DNA from: a virus | Taxonomy: Duplodnaviria; Caudoviricetes | Strand: one strand, 5' to 3' | Virus record (IMG/VR): IMGVR_UViG_3300021400_001148 | Span: 256,001 to 320,000 of that record | Length of the DNA stretch: 64,000 nt | In this document: piece after piece, positions 7,121-16,465 of the stretch | Layout: each line of letters begins with the position of its first letter | Position numbering within the stretch: the first letter of the stretch is position 1 | Made by a program: the position numbers and the translations under genes | Notes under the pieces: generated by a model | Databases searched by the model: none | What the model was told of the DNA's origin: nothing | The model's input: only the letters and a program-made list of their open reading frames with translations

Positions 7121-10100
7121 ATGAGTAATAGCATAAGAGGCAACAATGTAGCCCCGGGCCTTTACTTCAAGGAAGAAGAAGTCGCTTACGCAGCGAAGAG
7201 CCTTGGTATTACATCACTCGGTGTTGCAGGCGAAACAGTCAAAGGTCCTGCCTTCGAAAATATTCCCGTGAGCACTTGGGATGAGTATCAGAGGTATTTC
7301 GGCGGCACTTCTACTGAAAAATTCAAAGATAGTCAGTATCCTAAATACGAACTCCCTTTCATCGCAAAGAGTTTCCTTACCGAATCCAAACAACTTAATG
7401 TGGTAAGAGTGCTCGGCCTTTCCGGCTATAATGCTGGCCCGGCTTGGTATATTAAAGCTGATAATGCAAGTGCCGATAGTGAAAGAATTGTAGCAGTTCT
7501 CCGTTCAAGAGGTCACTATGAAAAATACGGTAGTTCTAAAACAGACGAGCAAGGCTGTCCAAAATATGACGGCTTTGATAAACTTGTTTATGATGTAAAG
7601 AGTGTTAAAATCGCTCCTTATCAGACTGCTGACGGTACAGTTAATTGTAGTGGTATTTCTTTCGGTGAGACAAAAAAAGAAGTACCTACTGGTCTGACTT
7701 CACAGAATCTCGGAAGATTTATTCTTGAAGTTAAAGATAACAACAATAATACAGTGAAATATGCTGTTTCTCTCAATCCTTCCGACCGTGACTATATCCT
7801 TACAGTTCTCGGAACAACACCTTTTGATTCTTCTGCACTTATCTATGTAGAGGAACTCTACGATGTTGCACTGTTGCAAGGTGTTGAAGAAGGGAACATT
7901 AAAGAGATAACTCTTGGTTCAGCATATACAGAGTGGAGCACTGGGTCCACTGCTACTGAACTTGAGGTTGCTAAAATTAAACGATACAATGCAGTTGCAG
8001 ACCCTGTTGCTGATTTCCTGACAATACCAGCAGAAGAGCTCAGAAGAGGTAATCTTGGACAAACATTCATTGCTACAGATGATACAATAGTAACAGGTGC
8101 GAGTGTTGGTGATATTTACAAAGTTGTTTATGAAAACAACAATTATAAGTATGACAAGGTTAAAATCGATTGGAATGCCACCGGAGCAACAACTCCTATT
8201 GAGGAAAACATCAATGTTGTTTTCATTAATTCAGTCGGTAGATATTACACATTGAAGACATTGAAGGATGGTGATAAACTTGAACTGGTTTCAGATGACC
8301 TCAATAATTACAAAGAGCGTTTCCGTTCAGCAGTCACACCTTGGTTTGTGTCACAGATACTTGGCTCCACTGGCGAATTTAATGTGAAGAAACTCTTCCG
8401 TTTCATCTCTATCTCTGACGGTGACGCAGCAAACCAAGAGTTTAAGGTTTCTATTGAAAAGATTTATCCAGAAGAAGGCCTCTTCGATGTAGTTATTCGT
8501 GACTACGCCGATTCAGACCTTGAGCCTGTGGTTCTTGAAAGGTTTGCCAAGTGTTCGCTTATCCCTTCCCAGAGTTCTTACATCGCCAAGAAGATTGGTA
8601 CATCAGACGGAGAGTTTGAGGCTAAGAGTACTTATGTGACTGTAGAACTTGCAGATGATGACGCCATCAACGGCCTTGTGCCTTGCGGTTTTGTCGGCTT
8701 CCCTGCGAGAAAAGAAAATGCTTATCTTCCACTGAAGTACAACACTAATATTGACAATGAAATCAGACCTAGAAAGCAGTATTTCGGTATGTCTGACTTG
8801 GTAGGCGTTGATGTTGATGTGCTCAAATATAAAGGAGTTTCCGCTTATTTTGAAACTGAAACTTCCGAACATGGCTATACTAATGGTTTCCACCTTGACA
8901 CAAGGGCTTCTTTCGCGATATCAACCGCTACTACTTTTAATGTTAAAGTAAATGGTGAAACTGGCTATACTTGGTCTGTGGTTGAGACTAATAGCAACAC
9001 CAATGAAGGTGCAAACGGTATTCCCGTGATAACAACCGAGGCTGAAATGTCAGATACTATTTATGGTGATGTTAATTTCAGGAAATTTACTGTATACCCC
9101 TATGGTGGCTTCGATGGCTGGGATATATATCGTGGAAAGAGGACCAACACCGATGATTTCAAAGCCAGCAAATATAGAGGAAAGGTAGATGGTGCAGGTG
9201 AGAATTTCTCCAGAATATTTGACAGAAGCGGTCTTGACCTTGATGGTTTCAAGAATGCTATCAACTCAGACTTCTATGCTTATCTTGCCGGCTATCGCCA
9301 GTTCGCAAATCCTGAGGCTATAGATATCAACCTCTTTGCAACTCCTGGCATTGATATCATCAACAACACACTTCTTGTTGATGAAGTCACCAACATTCTT
9401 GAAGACTTTGAAGACGGGCGTAATGGTGATGCACTCTATGTTCCCACAACCCCTGATAAACCTTCCGGAGCAAGCGATGCTAAGGATGATATGTACACAC
9501 CAGAGGAAATTGTTGAACTCGTAAAAGATACAACAATCAGCGATTCTTATGTTGCAACATATTACCCTTGGGTGAAGTACTTTGACCAACCTAGTGAAAC
9601 TTACATCATGCTTCCTCCTACAAAGGATGTTATGAGGAACTTTGCATTTGTGGATAACAACTCTGCTCCTTGGTTTGCCGCTGCCGGCACAAAAGAAGAC
9701 AATGGTGCTGTTAGTTGCACAAAGGCTCATAGATTCACTAAGAAAGGTGATGAAAACGTGCTTTATGCAAACGCAATCAACCCTATTGTTACATTTGCAA
9801 AAGACGGTGTTAAAGTTTGGGGTAACAAGACTCTCTACTTCCCTACACAGGAAACTCCTCTTACCAGAATCAATGTCCGCAGACTTATGCTTAGGGTTAA
9901 GAAACTTATTTCCGGTGCCGGTAGAGTCCTTGTCTTTGACAACAATGATGGTACACTTGAGAGACAGTTCCGTTCAATTGTAGAGCCGATTCTCTCCAAT
10001 GTGCGTGCTAACAGAGGTATCACTGATTATCGTCTTGATGTTCTCAACTCCGCTGAGTGTGATGATGAACACGAGATTCAGGCCGCAATCCACATTAAAC

Positions 10101-10171
10101 CTACCCCTACAATGGAGTGGCTTTCAATCGGATTCCGTATCTACAACCAGTGCACTCAGTTCACAGACTAA
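7121..10171 (+). CDS. Contractile tail sheath protein
   Basis: APGLYFKE, GETVKGPAF, FGG, VVRVLG, INLFATPG, ATYYPWV, PWFAAAG, INPI, VWGNKTL, RINVRRL, IKPT. Confidence 0.95.
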   Translation: MSNSIRGNNVAPGLYFKEEEVAYAAKSLGITSLGVAGETVKGPAFENIPVSTWDEYQRYFGGTSTEKFKDSQYPKYELPFIAKSFLTESKQLNVVRVLGLSGYNAGPAWYIKADNASADSERIVAVLRSRGHYEKYGSSKTDEQGCPKYDGFDKLVYDVKSVKIAPYQTADGTVNCSGISFGETKKEVPTGLTSQNLGRFILEVKDNNNNTVKYAVSLNPSDRDYILTVLGTTPFDSSALIYVEELYDVALLQGVEEGNIKEITLGSAYTEWSTGSTATELEVAKIKRYNAVADPVADFLTIPAEELRRGNLGQTFIATDDTIVTGASVGDIYKVVYENNNYKYDKVKIDWNATGATTPIEENINVVFINSVGRYYTLKTLKDGDKLELVSDDLNNYKERFRSAVTPWFVSQILGSTGEFNVKKLFRFISISDGDAANQEFKVSIEKIYPEEGLFDVVIRDYADSDLEPVVLERFAKCSLIPSQSSYIAKKIGTSDGEFEAKSTYVTVELADDDAINGLVPCGFVGFPARKENAYLPLKYNTNIDNEIRPRKQYFGMSDLVGVDVDVLKYKGVSAYFETETSEHGYTNGFHLDTRASFAISTATTFNVKVNGETGYTWSVVETNSNTNEGANGIPVITTEAEMSDTIYGDVNFRKFTVYPYGGFDGWDIYRGKRTNTDDFKASKYRGKVDGAGENFSRIFDRSGLDLDGFKNAINSDFYAYLAGYRQFANPEAIDINLFATPGIDIINNTLLVDEVTNILEDFEDGRNGDALYVPTTPDKPSGASDAKDDMYTPEEIVELVKDTTISDSYVATYYPWVKYFDQPSETYIMLPPTKDVMRNFAFVDNNSAPWFAAAGTKEDNGAVSCTKAHRFTKKGDENVLYANAINPIVTFAKDGVKVWGNKTLYFPTQETPLTRINVRRLMLRVKKLISGAGRVLVFDNNDGTLERQFRSIVEPILSNVRANRGITDYRLDVLNSAECDDEHEIQAAIHIKPTPTMEWLSIGFRIYNQCTQFTD

Positions 10172-10192
10172 AAAGAAGTTTATAAAACAAAG

Positions 10193-10218
10193 AAGCCTCC
10201 GCGTTGCGGGGGCTTTTT
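10193..10218. terminator. Terminator hairpin between the convergent sheath and LRR genes
   Basis: AAGCCTCCGC-GTT-GCGGGGGCTT followed by Ts; the left flank is A-rich. Confidence 0.8.
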
Positions 10219-10248
10219 GTATATAAGATAATAAGTAAATTAGTTTCT

Positions 10249-12459
10249 TTACACTTCTTGAACCGTCCAACCGGAAGGAATACCCGAAACACCTGACGGC
10301 CAAGAAACGCCTGATTTCTTTACAAATGTTCCTGATGTGGCAACATTCTGAACCCAATTTGTTAATGCCCCTGTTACTGATATGTTCGTTGCAAGGCACT
10401 TGATGTGATTTAGTGAGGTGCAGCGACTGAATATGCCGTAATAGCATTGAGATGCAAGCGTGCTTGCGAGAAGTTCCGGTGCGGAAGTCAGCGAGGTGCA
10501 ACCTGCGAACATATTGTAATAGCATTGAGATGCAAGCGTCGTTGCAGGGAGTGCCGGTGCGGAGGTCAGTGAGGTACAGCCTACGAACATAGCGGAATAA
10601 CAACTATCCACAAGCGTCGTTGCAGGGAGTGCCGGTGCGGAGGTCAGCGAGGTGCAACCTGCGAACATACTGAAATAGCAATTATTCGCAAGTGTGGTCG
10701 CTGGAAGTGCCGCTGGCACTGATATCAGTGAAGTGCAATCATAGAACATTCTCTCACAGCATCGAGTCGCAAGCGTGGTTGCTGGAAGTTCCGGTGCTGA
10801 TGTCAGGGATGTGCAACCACTGAATATGGTGTCATAGCATCGAGTCGCAAGCGTGGTTGCTGGAAGTTCCGGTGCTGATGCCAGGGATGTACAACCAGCG
10901 AACATAGCGGAATAACAACTATCCACAAGCGTTGTTGCAGGAAGTTCTGGTGCAGAGGTCAACGAGGTGCAATCATCGAACATACCACTATAGCAAGAAC
11001 CCGCAAGTGTGGTCGCTGGAAGTTCCGGCGCGGAGGCCAGGGAGGTGCAGTCACTGAACATACTGGCATAGCAATTATTCACAAGCGTCGTTGCTGGAAG
11101 TACCGCCGGTGCGGAGGCCAGGGAGGTGCAACCACGGAACATATACTGATAGCAACTATTCGCAAGCGTTGTTGCGGGAAGTTCCGGTGCTGAGGTCAGC
11201 GAGGTGCAACCATAGAACATATTTTGATAGCAATAATCCGCAAGCGTGGTTGCTGGAAGTTCAGGTGCTGATGTCAGTGATGTACAACCTTCGAATATAT
11301 TGCTATAGCAATAATTCGCAAGCGTAGTTGCAGGAAGTTCCGGTGCGGAAGTAAGGGAAGTACAACCTTGGAACATATTGGAATAGCAACGAGTCGCAAG
11401 CGTGGTTGCTGGAAGTTCAGGTGCGGAAGTAAGGGAGGTGCAGCCATTGAACATACGGGAATAACAAGAGCCCGCAAGCGTGGTTGCGGGAAGTTCCGGC
11501 ACGGAGGTCAGTGAGGTACAACCTGCGAACATAGCGGAATAACAACCACCCGCAAGCGTGGTTGCAGGGAGTGTTGGTGCGGAGGTAAGGGAGGTACAGT
11601 CACTGAACATATTGGAATAACAAGAGTTTGCAAGTGTGGTTGCTGGAAGTTCAGGTGCGGAAGTCAGGGAGGTGCAACCATAGAACATACTGTAATAGCA
11701 AGAAGTTGCAAGCGTCGTTGCAGGGAGTGCCGGTGCGGAGGTCAGTGAGGTACAGCCTACGAACATACTACTATAGCAAGAAGTCGCAAGTGTGGTTGCT
11801 GGAAGTGCCGGTGCGGAGGTCAGCGAGGTACAACCTGCGAACATACTACTATAGCAAGAAGTCGCAAGTGTGGTTGCTGGAAGTGCCGGCGCGGAAGTAA
11901 GGGAAGTACAACCTTGGAACATATGGGAATAACAAGAGCCCGCAAGCGCGGTTGCAGGTAATATCAATTTAGAAGCATCAACTACTTTGCATTCCCTAAA
12001 TAGATAATGACATTGTTGTTGATATCCCGGTGTAAATTCCGAATTGGTCTTGAAGTCATCCCCGTTGAAAATGGACATTATGTTGCCGTATATATTGCAC
12101 TCAAAATCAGTGGAAATGGATGTGTTCAACTCACGGTCATCATCATTGTAGAAAGAGGTGTTGTTTCCATATAATTCCAAAATATCACCTGTATTGACGC
12201 TGATGGTGTCAGCAGAAGTAATGGTCGTCCTTTCACCGCCGTTCTTTGAATACTGGAGGTCAACTTTAAGAAAATAATCTACTGAAGTGAGTGCAAAATT
12301 GCCACTTTCCAACGCCTTGATTGTCAGTGGTATCTTACTATAGTCATTGTACTTTACAGTACCCTCCCCCACAAGGCTTACATTGGGCATTTCGTATGCA
12401 TCGCTGTTTGCAAAAGAAACATATTCGCTTTGAGTACCGAATTTGGTTAAGTATTTCAT
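10249..12459 (-). CDS. BspA-like leucine-rich repeat protein with 20 x 26-aa repeats
   Basis: Repeat LPATTLAxxCYxxMFxGCTSLTSAPE and C-cap GTFVK...WPSGVSGIPSGWTV. No signal peptide. Confidence 0.85.
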   Translation of the reverse strand: MKYLTKFGTQSEYVSFANSDAYEMPNVSLVGEGTVKYNDYSKIPLTIKALESGNFALTSVDYFLKVDLQYSKNGGERTTITSADTISVNTGDILELYGNNTSFYNDDDRELNTSISTDFECNIYGNIMSIFNGDDFKTNSEFTPGYQQQCHYLFRECKVVDASKLILPATALAGSCYSHMFQGCTSLTSAPALPATTLATSCYSSMFAGCTSLTSAPALPATTLATSCYSSMFVGCTSLTSAPALPATTLATSCYYSMFYGCTSLTSAPELPATTLANSCYSNMFSDCTSLTSAPTLPATTLAGGCYSAMFAGCTSLTSVPELPATTLAGSCYSRMFNGCTSLTSAPELPATTLATRCYSNMFQGCTSLTSAPELPATTLANYCYSNIFEGCTSLTSAPELPATTLADYCYQNMFYGCTSLTSAPELPATTLANSCYQYMFRGCTSLASAPAVLPATTLVNNCYASMFSDCTSLASAPELPATTLAGSCYSGMFDDCTSLTSAPELPATTLVDSCYSAMFAGCTSLASAPELPATTLATRCYDTIFSGCTSLTSAPELPATTLATRCCERMFYDCTSLISVPAALPATTLANNCYFSMFAGCTSLTSAPALPATTLVDSCYSAMFVGCTSLTSAPALPATTLASQCYYNMFAGCTSLTSAPELLASTLASQCYYGIFSRCTSLNHIKCLATNISVTGALTNWVQNVATSGTFVKKSGVSWPSGVSGIPSGWTVQEV
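10411..11961 (-). repeat. Coding tandem repeat array, 78-bp unit (two 81-bp units), about 20 copies
   Basis: Near-identical blocks recur 78 nt apart, e.g. 11761 and 11839. Visibly more GC-rich than the flanks. Confidence 0.9.
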
Positions 12460-12477
12460 ATATAATCACAGTTTATA

Positions 12478-12485
12478 TATAAATA
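12478..12485 (-). promoter_or_regulatory. Putative late promoter TATTTATA
   Basis: 18 nt upstream of the LRR gene ATG. Confidence 0.6.
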
Positions 12486-12520
12486 GTCAAACCCGCACCT
12501 TTGTCCGTGTGATGGATAAG

Positions 12521-12552
12521 AAAAAAGCCACAGGAAAATTCCCGCGGCTGTT
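12521..12552 (-). terminator. Rho-independent terminator
   Basis: Minus strand AGCCGCGGGAA-TT-TTCCTGTGGCT-TTTTT, downstream of 12574..12912. Confidence 0.7.
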
Positions 12553-12573
12553 CATGTAATTAAATATTCTCCT

Positions 12574-12912
12574 TTAAACTGTCTTTTGCTCTCCTTCCGT
12601 TTTACTTGGTTTCTTATCAAGCATCAAAAATATCTTTTTCAGTGATTGATATTGTTCTGAATCTGGTTCTTTTGAAAGCTCAGTGAGGCCCTTAAGTGCC
12701 AGTTCTCTTATTTGGTCAAGGACTGCATACTTTTCTGAAAGCCTTTCTTCATCCTGTGGCATTTCTTCTGCCTCAGGATTCTCTTGGAAAGTATCATCCA
12801 TATCAGGAGTATATCTATCATCAAGATAGAGGCCTTCATTAATTTTTTGACTATTTTCGATTATAGCGTTAATCCTGTTAAGTTCTTCGTTTAAATTGAA
12901 TTTTTTTGCCAT
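12574..12912 (-). CDS. Small acidic protein with L/I-N-E motifs (putative prohead core protein)
   Basis: MAKKFNLNEELNRINAIIENSQKINEG. TATTTATT motif at 12932-12939 upstream. Confidence 0.6.
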   Translation of the reverse strand: MAKKFNLNEELNRINAIIENSQKINEGLYLDDRYTPDMDDTFQENPEAEEMPQDEERLSEKYAVLDQIRELALKGLTELSKEPDSEQYQSLKKIFLMLDKKPSKTEGEQKTV

Positions 12913-12954
12913 GGTGAACAAATTGTTTTACAATAAATAGTTTGTTCTTACCAT

Positions 12955-13416
12955 TTATTGTTGGAATACACGGATTTCATTATATTCGTCGGGTGTTGGT
13001 GGCTCATAACTTTTTTCAAGTCGTTCAAACACCTCCGGTGGAATTTGGCCGCTGCGTCGTTTAATGTTATCTTGGAGTGACGGTGCCTTTATAACAATAT
13101 ATACCCAATTCAAATCAAAATCTTTCAGTAGCCTATGATATTGCATACGATATTTCTTTCTTAAATTGGTATTGTTTATCACGACATCCTTACCAGAACG
13201 AACTTGCATTAAGAGTGCTGTGTTGAAGGTATTCGTAACAATGTTTTCCTGTTCAGGTGTACCTACGATTTTCTCCCCCGATGAACAATAACCGAGTTCT
13301 GCTCTGATATCATCTCTGCACACAACGCATTCAATATTGGGTAGGTTATTCTTAATCCAAGTGTCTTTTCCGGCTCCTGGAAGGCCAATCATAACATATA
13401 TGTTCTGTTTACCCAT
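12955..13416 (-). CDS. P-loop kinase (AAA_33 / polynucleotide kinase-like)
   Basis: GLPGAGKDT Walker A, CRDDIR, VINNTN...R, YEPP..DE. Confidence 0.85.
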   Translation of the reverse strand: MGKQNIYVMIGLPGAGKDTWIKNNLPNIECVVCRDDIRAELGYCSSGEKIVGTPEQENIVTNTFNTALLMQVRSGKDVVINNTNLRKKYRMQYHRLLKDFDLNWVYIVIKAPSLQDNIKRRSGQIPPEVFERLEKSYEPPTPDEYNEIRVFQQ

Positions 13417-13429
13417 TTCTTTACTTTTT

Positions 13430-13440
13430 TACAAATATAC
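13430..13440 (-). promoter_or_regulatory. Early/middle promoter core GTATATTTGTA
   Basis: TAnnTTTG core 14 nt upstream of the kinase ATG. Confidence 0.6.
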
Positions 13441-13466
13441 ATATTTTTCAAAAAAGCGTATAATTT

Positions 13467-13474
13467 TATTTATA
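13467..13474 (+). promoter_or_regulatory. Putative late promoter TATTTATA
   Basis: 6 nt upstream of ATG 13481. Confidence 0.5.
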
Positions 13475-13480
13475 AAAGAG

Positions 13481-13978
13481 ATGCAGCCAGTTAAAGATGA
13501 AGTTAAAAGTGCAGTTAAAACAACCAAAAAGAAAGCAACTACAAAGAAAAAAATACCAAACCATAGGCGAGGAATATCCAAATTAGAAGACAGGTTCGCA
13601 AAAGATTTTCTTGATGCTGCTGGTTATCGATACGAAAGGCAATATGAAGCGAAAGATATTAAGCGTTTCTACGATTTTTTGGTAATTTCTGATAATGGAA
13701 TGGGAGTGCTGGTTGAGATTGACGGGGACTGGTTTCATAGTTATGGGCTAAAAAGAGAAGAAAAGACCCCGATGCAAAAGAAAAATGAACGGGTCGACAG
13801 GATTAAAGATGAATGGGCACATTTACACTCAATTCCGTTGATTAGGATTTGGGAACATGATATAAACAATAACCCTGAGAAAGTTCGTAAAATATTGGAA
13901 GAGCAAATCGGGGATGCTTATAAGAAAAAAGAGGCCCTTGACAGGAAAAGGCAACGCCCAAAGCCTCACAAGCTTTAA
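13481..13978 (+). CDS. Vsr/DUF559-like PD-(D/E)XK endonuclease
   Basis: SKLE, RQY, FYDF, VEIDGDWFH, DRIKD, LIRIWEHD. Start moved to ATG 13481. Confidence 0.8.
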   Translation: MQPVKDEVKSAVKTTKKKATTKKKIPNHRRGISKLEDRFAKDFLDAAGYRYERQYEAKDIKRFYDFLVISDNGMGVLVEIDGDWFHSYGLKREEKTPMQKKNERVDRIKDEWAHLHSIPLIRIWEHDINNNPEKVRKILEEQIGDAYKKKEALDRKRQRPKPHKL

Positions 13979-14053
13979 AGTTATAAGCTAATATTTTAAA
14001 TAAAAAAATATATTAAATATATATAATATAGCTTACTACAGCTAACAATTGTA

Positions 14054-14662
14054 ATGAGAGCAAAACTTTTTTTACCATATTTTCCACCGGCTGAAGTTGC
14101 TGGAGTAGAGAATGAGATGACTGATGAGGAATACTCTGATGCTCTTACTTCCTATTACACTTCTGCTTATCATAAATTTATGGAAAATGCAATCAGAGGG
14201 TATGTAGATGATAGGTATAATATTCATGATGTGATTCCTGAAAAGTATCAAATCAAAGCAATTAAAGAAAAAAAAGTACCTTCAAGATACTATAGTTTTG
14301 ATGTTCTGCTCAATGATATGTATGACAGGCCATTGGCACCTTCTTTTTTCGCAAATCCAAGAAATCTATCATCGATGAATGCATTCACAATACACATTTT
14401 GGTTGATGACGAAAAAAATGAAGATGGTCTTAGTGAACTAGCACTATGGGTAAGAGAAAGTGGGGAGATAATGAAGGACCCAAGGATTGATGAGGAAAAG
14501 AAGATTGAGATTCTTCCGCCAAAAGATTTGAAAATAGACATATCTGAAGAAATGAACGGAATAATTTACCAAAGAATATACTTATTTGATTCCTGCCGTA
14601 TACCAGAACAGGATGATAAAAACAACTTTGCTATAATAGTTAACAAAATTGAAAGAACATGA
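14054..14662 (+). CDS. Hypothetical protein in the tail assembly cluster
   Basis: 202-aa ORF with ATGA overlap into the chaperone gene. Confidence 0.7.
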   Translation: MRAKLFLPYFPPAEVAGVENEMTDEEYSDALTSYYTSAYHKFMENAIRGYVDDRYNIHDVIPEKYQIKAIKEKKVPSRYYSFDVLLNDMYDRPLAPSFFANPRNLSSMNAFTIHILVDDEKNEDGLSELALWVRESGEIMKDPRIDEEKKIEILPPKDLKIDISEEMNGIIYQRIYLFDSCRIPEQDDKNNFAIIVNKIERT

Positions 14663-16140
14663 TAACACCAGAAGAAATGGAAAGGGAGAGAATTAAATCC
14701 CTCAAACTACTCGAGAACAACTTTGAGATGTATGAGAATAGTAAGAAGGATATTCTCAGAAAGCTCAAACAGAAAATGCTTCCGAACGGCCAACCCTTCT
14801 ATACTGAGGACCAAATAGACAAACAAATGAAACTCATTCAGTCTATGGAAGACGACATTGTTGAAAAATATACCCAACAAGGTGGAGACCCTGAAAATCT
14901 TGAAAAAATTAGGGGTAAACGGAGAATCTCACCTGATAAAAAAGAAGAATTCACCAAGGTTTATAACAAGCAAGGTGTGATTGATATTGTTAATGAATAT
15001 CTTTCACAGAAGTCTGCTGATTCCTCGTCCAAGGCGAATGTAAAGAGAAACAATGAGCCGGTTGAAGTTGAGCCCGCTAGAAAGACTATTCCAAGCACCC
15101 CCGTAAAAGTAGTGCAAAAAGACTCACCTATTCAAATAGATGAGGCGGTTAAATCTGTTTCAAGTATGATGGCTAGAAATGCAGAATCAAAACATATTGA
15201 GCCGGCAGCGGAAGTGAGTAATAGTTTATGGAAAACAGAGAGTAATGGAAACGGTGTGTTTGATGTAATACCGCTACCTTCCAAGGGTGAGTGCTACCCT
15301 AACAAGGTTTCAAAGATTCCAGTATCTTTTTTAACCGCTTATGATGAAAACATGCTGGTTTCTCCTAATCTTTACAGGGACGGTTTGGTTCTTGATTATA
15401 TTATACGCAACAAAGTAAGAGAAGATGCGGGAATCAATCCGGATAACCTTGTTACTGGTGATAGGGATGCAATCATTCTCTGGCTTAGGGCAACTGGGTA
15501 TGGCAACGATTTTCCGATTACTGTAACCGACAGGGAAACCGGAAAGAACTTTGAGACCACTGTGGACTTGTCAAAAATCAATTTCAAGGAATTTAACCTG
15601 GTCGGTGATGAACACGGTTGGTTTGAGTTTGCTGCACCTGTTTCCGGTGACCTTATCAAATTCAGGTTCCTTACCGCAAGGGATAACCGCAGACTTGAAG
15701 AAATTGAGAATGATGAGGCCAAAAAGACCGCATTGACACGACTCCGTGAGGTTGTATCTGATATTGACCTATTCTTAAAGGATAATAAAAATTTGACTAA
15801 GGAAGAGAAAACGAAAATATTCGAGGCACAAAATACCTTGAGTGATTGGTCTGATAAGATGGAAACAGAGGAGACTGAAGAACTTCCATTCACTAATACA
15901 ATTACTAACCGAATGGAAATTATGATTATGGAAGTCAATGGCGAACGTGACAGGGAGTTTATTCATAACTATGTGAATAATATGAATGTCCGCGATTCTT
16001 CCGCTTTCAGAAGATTTGTGGCCGAGAACGAGCCCGGTTTGGATTTCAATCTTACAGTCGAAAGGCCCGAGAGTCTCGGAGGTGGCTCAATGCCTGTGTT
16101 TCTCGAACTTGACCAAACTCTTTTTCTTAATATCGCCTAG
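14659..16140 (+). CDS. Baseplate hub / tail assembly chaperone (T4 gp26-like) with N-terminal extension
   Basis: IPLPSKG.CY, LTAYDEN.L, L..GDRDAI..WLRATGYG..F, VDLS, IKFRFLT, DS..FR....NEPG.DF. Upstream of the tape measure gene. Confidence 0.8.
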   Translation: MITPEEMERERIKSLKLLENNFEMYENSKKDILRKLKQKMLPNGQPFYTEDQIDKQMKLIQSMEDDIVEKYTQQGGDPENLEKIRGKRRISPDKKEEFTKVYNKQGVIDIVNEYLSQKSADSSSKANVKRNNEPVEVEPARKTIPSTPVKVVQKDSPIQIDEAVKSVSSMMARNAESKHIEPAAEVSNSLWKTESNGNGVFDVIPLPSKGECYPNKVSKIPVSFLTAYDENMLVSPNLYRDGLVLDYIIRNKVREDAGINPDNLVTGDRDAIILWLRATGYGNDFPITVTDRETGKNFETTVDLSKINFKEFNLVGDEHGWFEFAAPVSGDLIKFRFLTARDNRRLEEIENDEAKKTALTRLREVVSDIDLFLKDNKNLTKEEKTKIFEAQNTLSDWSDKMETEETEELPFTNTITNRMEIMIMEVNGERDREFIHNYVNNMNVRDSSAFRRFVAENEPGLDFNLTVERPESLGGGSMPVFLELDQTLFLNIA

Positions 16141-16150
16141 CGAGTCCGAA

Positions 16151-16381
16151 GTGGCTCTGAAAGATGAAATATGGGGCTGTTTCAAATACATTGGTATTCC
16201 AATGAATGAGATTATGAATATGCCTGTCTATGATAGAAAATATTATATTCTCAAACATAATATGGAACAGGATGAACTCCAAAAAGAACTTGAGGGTGGC
16301 TCTGGTGAAAGTTACACCGTTCAAGGGCAAGCAATCAATGAATATGCAAAAATTGCCCAGAACGACCCGATTAAAAAATAG
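16151..16381 (+). CDS. gp51-like / GT-like tail chaperone C-terminal part (own GTG start or frameshift product)
   Basis: LKDEIWGCFKYIGIPMNEIMNMPVYDRKYYI resembles the gp51/gpT-type 'I..MP..dR..y' motif. The frame stays open back through the end of the upstream gene. Confidence 0.65.
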   Translation: MALKDEIWGCFKYIGIPMNEIMNMPVYDRKYYILKHNMEQDELQKELEGGSGESYTVQGQAINEYAKIAQNDPIKK

Positions 16382-16382
16382 G

Positions 16383-16416
16383 AAATGGCGTGTATCTTAT
16401 TGTTGCACGCCATTTT
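16383..16416 (+). terminator. Terminator hairpin
   Basis: AAATGGCGTGTA...TGCACGCCATTT followed by T. Confidence 0.7.
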
Positions 16417-16438
16417 CACTATAAAAACAGTAAAAAGA

Positions 16439-16446
16439 TATTTATA
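16439..16446 (+). promoter_or_regulatory. Putative late promoter TATTTATA
   Basis: 19 nt upstream of the tape measure ATG. Confidence 0.6.
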
Positions 16447-16465
16447 AGAAATCTCATATTGCTTT

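Noticed and set aside
10411-11961. CRISPR array or DGR template/variable repeat
   Set aside because: The units are in-frame coding repeats with synonymous variation and no unique spacers. Variation is not visibly adenine-specific, and no reverse transcriptase or cas gene is in the window.
15986-16150. N-terminal part of track ORF 15986..16381 as a real overlapping gene start
   Set aside because: It overlaps the conserved C-terminus of the chaperone. Only the portion after about 16120 looks protein-like.
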